Below are positions 56,082 to 59,495 of a stretch of 59,495 nucleotides of DNA, piece by piece. Origin of the DNA: Sphaerodactylus townsendi (Eukaryota); assembly GCF_021028975.2 (NCBI RefSeq), contig NC_059431.1, forward strand, positions 2,542,001-2,601,495, in the 5' to 3' direction. The position numbers and the translations under genes were made by a program. Positions within the stretch are counted from its first letter, which is position 1. Every line of letters begins with the position of its first letter. The notes beneath the pieces were generated by a model. The model was not told the origin of the DNA. It saw nothing but the letters and a program-made list of their open reading frames with translations, and made no database searches.

Positions 56082-58321
56082 CTAGTGGAGAGCAGAGGGG
56101 AGAGGAGACGGCACGTCACTGCTTCACCTGGAGGAGGAGAGAGCCCCACCTGCCCCCTGCCCAGAGGAAAGATGGCTGGACGACCCTTCCCTTCCCCAGC
56201 CAATGAAAAGCACTGCAGAACGTGATGGAAAATGGCAGCGGCGGGGGGGCCTTGACCAGGCTCTCCCCGCCTCCCCCCACTTATTCCCCCCATCAGCAGG
56301 CATGGCTGCCACGTGCCCTGTCACGTACCAGTGGTGGGCTGGGTCAGGCGCTGCTCGAGGGCACTGAGGACAGAGGGCACCTGAAGGGGGAAGAGGGGGA
56401 GGCAGTCGCTGAGGGAGGAGAGCTTCTGGGGAGGGCCCCATAGCTGGCACGGGGCGCTGCTGCCACCTGTGGAAAGAAGCCATCAGCACCTGCCGGCACA
56501 CAGAAGAGCGGCCCCCAGGCGTGGCGCCCCCGTCCTCCCGCTCGCCACCCCCACTACCTGCCCGCACCTGCGTACTGCACCAGCAGCAGCTCCTGACTGT
56601 GGTGGGTGCCCAGGAGGAGCTTGTGGGTGCGCTGCGGCCCCCCGCCGGGCGTGAGGTGGCTGAACAGCGGAGGCCTGCGCATCATGTGCCGCCAGCGGAG
56701 AACGGGCACCAGCGGGACTCGTTCGTCCAGCACATAAACGGAGAACTAAGAAATGGGAGACGGGGAGGGTGAGAGCAGGCAGGAGGGGCACCGTCTCTCG
56801 GCCCCCTCCCACAGCACTCGGAGAGAAGTGGAGCAGGAGAGAGCGCAGCCGGGCCTCCCACGCCCTGCCCTGCCCTGCGGCTCTCAGGTGCAGGAGGGGC
56901 AGCGGGGCTTCAAGCACCCACTGGAGACCAGGCACGTCCCCAGGCACCGAGGGCTCCGACGCCAGCTGCTCTTCCCACCAGTCACCCCATAAGGGAGAGT
57001 GGGGGCAGCAACATTTCAGACAACGGCTGCTGGATGCCCCCCAAGAGGCTCTGTGAAGATGGCCGTTCCACAGAAGCAGGTGAGAGCCCAGGGCCAGAAG
57101 CCCCGGGGGGGCGGGGAGCCTTCCTCTTTAACAGGGTGCTTGCTGGAAAAGGAGCCCAGGGCGCTCCAGACGGTGCCGGGCACATCTCACCCGCAACACT
57201 GCGCTCGGGAGCTGGGGCTGCTGCGAGGCCCTGCTGAGAAGGGTGGAGTGGAAGGACAGGCTGGAAGGGCCGCCCGTGGCGCTCACCTGCGTGGCGATGA
57301 GGTGATGGAAGGGCTCCGCTTGGCCCAGGTGTCTGGCCTGAACCAGCCGCTCCCCGCGCTGGCACTCTGCTTCGCTCCCCACCTTGAAGAACTCCACAGG
57401 GTGACCAGAAGGCATCTGAAGACAGGAAGACCCTGTGAGTCCTTGGAGAACTTTGGACCCCCCCCCCACGTGACTTTTACTGGATCTTGTGGATGGAGCA
57501 GGAAGACATGGGAGGGGGTCTGCAGGCGAAGGGGAATGTCAGCACTGCAGGTCCCCCCGTCCCACCCACCCCCCACCCAACATCACCACTGTGCTGAAAT
57601 CCGCTCAGCTAGAGGGCAAGACTGTGCTGTGCTCACCCTGCGGTCGATGCCCATCAGCCCTGTACGGTCGGCGTAGCTCAGTACCAGCGGGTGGGCAGTG
57701 AAGTCGCTCCCACGCCAAGGGGAGGGGTCGCGGAAGAACATGGTCTGCCTGTCTTCGTGCAGCCGCTGAAGCCTGAGAAGGGACATGCGGGGGGGGGGGG
57801 GGCTGCAGGAATCTCTCTGGCACATCCACCCCGGGGGTTTGGAGCAGCCCCCCCCCCCCCCGCTGACCCACTCTGGAAAGCACACGCCATGAGAAATGGT
57901 ACAACGACCAATCGTGAAAGGAAAAAACACGCATTGTACCTGCCACTATTTACTATCTTATATTGTTCTTCAAAGTGATTCACAAAACATATTAATAAAG
58001 TGCAATATTATTAGTGACAATCCTAACACATCAAATTACTCTACAGTATATATATATATACACACAATCAAGACATCCTGTACAGTATTGCAGAAACCTT
58101 TCCGGGGTCTCTGCCAGCCCTCCCGCCACAAGACGCGGGGCTGCAACACGCCAGCCCACCAGAGATGAGGATTCAGCGAGGGACCCACAACCCGCTTGCG
58201 ACAGGATGGTTCAGAGTGGCCCCCCTCCCCAGCCAGCAGGGCTGCTTACCCCCACTCCACATTCCACAAGTACAAGCTTCCGCTGAGGGTGCAGAGGGAC
58301 GCCTCGCCCGGCACGTGGGGG
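55126..58321 (-). CDS. TAF1C: TAF1C, subunit of the RNA polymerase I factor SL1; 3' part only (last 6 exons, 5' exons not identified in the window)
   Basis: complement(join(55126-56081,56329-56466,56568-56745,57287-57415,57637-57772,58250-58321)). Motifs [65 protein letters not shown] and C-terminus RKRPLMGF match TAF1C as I recall it; phases consistent. Confidence 0.9.
56329..56466 (-). CDS. TAF1C: TAF1C internal exon
   Basis: [16 protein letters not shown]...RLTQPTT. Confidence 0.88.
56568..56745 (-). CDS. TAF1C: TAF1C internal exon
   Basis: [20 protein letters not shown]...VQYA. Confidence 0.9.
57287..57415 (-). CDS. TAF1C: TAF1C internal exon
   Basis: [23 protein letters not shown]...HLIATQ. 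Confidence 0.88.
57637..57772 (-). CDS. TAF1C: TAF1C internal exon
   Basis: LQRLHED...DFTAHP...DRTG...DRR. Confidence 0.9.
58250..58321 (-). CDS. TAF1C: TAF1C internal exon
   Basis: [23 protein letters not shown]; ttgcag| and |gtaagc. Confidence 0.85.
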
Positions 58322-59050
58322 CTGCAAGGTGAGAGAGGGGCCACAGTTAGCAATGGGGGCAGGTGGCTGCTGCGCAGGGAGCTCCTCTCACTGACTACAA
58401 CCCTGCAGGCTGGACACACACCCCCACTAGGGCCCAGAGCGGCTTATGAAAACGTGCGCCACAGTAGGCAGATGAAAAGCCACAGAACGAGCCATCTAAG
58501 CCGGAGAAAACTCTTCACCATCTCAACTCAACATGGCTGACGGTCTTTCTGCAGAGCGTCTGCAGCAGCCCTGCGCCCCCGCGAGGCAGCAGCGAGGCCA
58601 ATCTTCTGGCCCCACCCCCAAGGAAAGTGCTACACAAAAGCCTCATGTGCTTCCCCACCCCAAAGCCCTGCTCTTGGGATGTGCAGGGGAAGATGGGCAC
58701 TGAATTGGTCCCCCTTCCTTTGGTTCTTGCAGGACCCAGGACTCCCCGGGGATTTCCCCCAGACTCAGGAGAATCACTCCTGGGTCGGCTGTCACTATCT
58801 AAAAGGAGCCACAGGAAAGTGGCATGTTTCTGATGGACCCAGAATCAGCTCCAAACAAAGCTGTGGGTTTTCTGGGACAATCAGGATTGGAAAACGTGGA
58901 CTCAAATGTAAACAAATAACCATGTGAAAGTTGCTGGTGGGAAGTGCGCTCCCGCCACAGACAGCTGACAGGGACCCCTCGCAGGGTTCTCAAGACAAGA
59001 GACCTTCAGAGGCGGTTAGTTGCGGCCGGCCTCTGTGGAGCGAGAGGGAC

Positions 59051-59389
59051 CAGGGGCGTAACGAGGCAGCCCTGGGCAAACTGTAGCCCTGGGCAAAACC
59101 TGAGTTGGATGCCCCCCCCATGGGTGGCCACTCCACCACGACCAAATTTTTTTTTGCACCAGGACATTGGTGCCTGCAGGGGGTGCATTTTTAGACATAT
59201 CAGCACCACAATTTCAGCACATCATCAGGAGACTGTCCTTATGCTACTCCCCAAGTCTGGTGAGGTTTGGTTCAAGGAGTCCAAAGTTATGGACTCCCAA
59301 AGGGGGTGCCCCTATCCCCCATTGTTTCCAATGGGAGCTAATAGGAGATGGGGGCTACAGTTTTGAGGGTCCATAACTTTGGCCCCCCT
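59051..59389. mobile_element. Left end of the same element family as 38519-39915
   Basis: caggggcgtaacg start; gccctgggcaaaacctgagttggat shared with 38521-38546. Confidence 0.75.
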
Positions 59390-59495
59390 GTGGGGGTGGG
59401 GGGGGGGGGGGGCGGGTGGGGGGGGTGTTGTGGGGGGGGGGGGGCGTGTGAGGGGGGCGGGGGCGTGGGGAGGGGGGGGCGAGGGGGGTCGGGGG

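Noticed and set aside
58385-58700. Candidate further upstream TAF1C exon
   Set aside because: No frame gives both a plausible peptide and a phase-2 GT donor; the exon is probably outside the window
59390-59495. G-rich terminal tract (and the GT/G-rich start at 1-65) as G-quadruplex elements
   Set aside because: Low-complexity sequence at the window ends, possibly poor base calls

Overview
Vertebrate genomic DNA, most likely a squamate (gecko-like Squam3 and Sauria SINEs, CR1, Dong/R4, hAT MITEs). It is GC-rich with two assembly gaps. Four spliced genes can be rebuilt by hand, all with GT-AG introns and consistent reading frame. NPR2 (natriuretic peptide receptor B, + strand) has 22 coding exons, 1193-33843, 1077 aa. 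SPAG8 (- strand, tail-to-tail with NPR2) has 7 coding exons, 38200-34609, 249 aa. HINT2 (- strand) has 5 exons, 54127-52247, 162 aa. The last six exons of TAF1C lie on the - strand, 58321-55126. Intron 1 of NPR2 and the SPAG8-HINT2 spacer are filled with transposon relics, including nested insertions, a solo LTR, a ~1.3 kb foldback element and a hairpin minisatellite inside a hAT element. I found no convincing wholly new biological system. The best leads are a probable NPR2/SPAG8 antisense overlap, a strong-Kozak overlapping uORF in NPR2, unusual NPR2 residues, TAF1C next to HINT2, and several structured repeat elements. Comparisons with human sequences are from memory, not from alignments run here.
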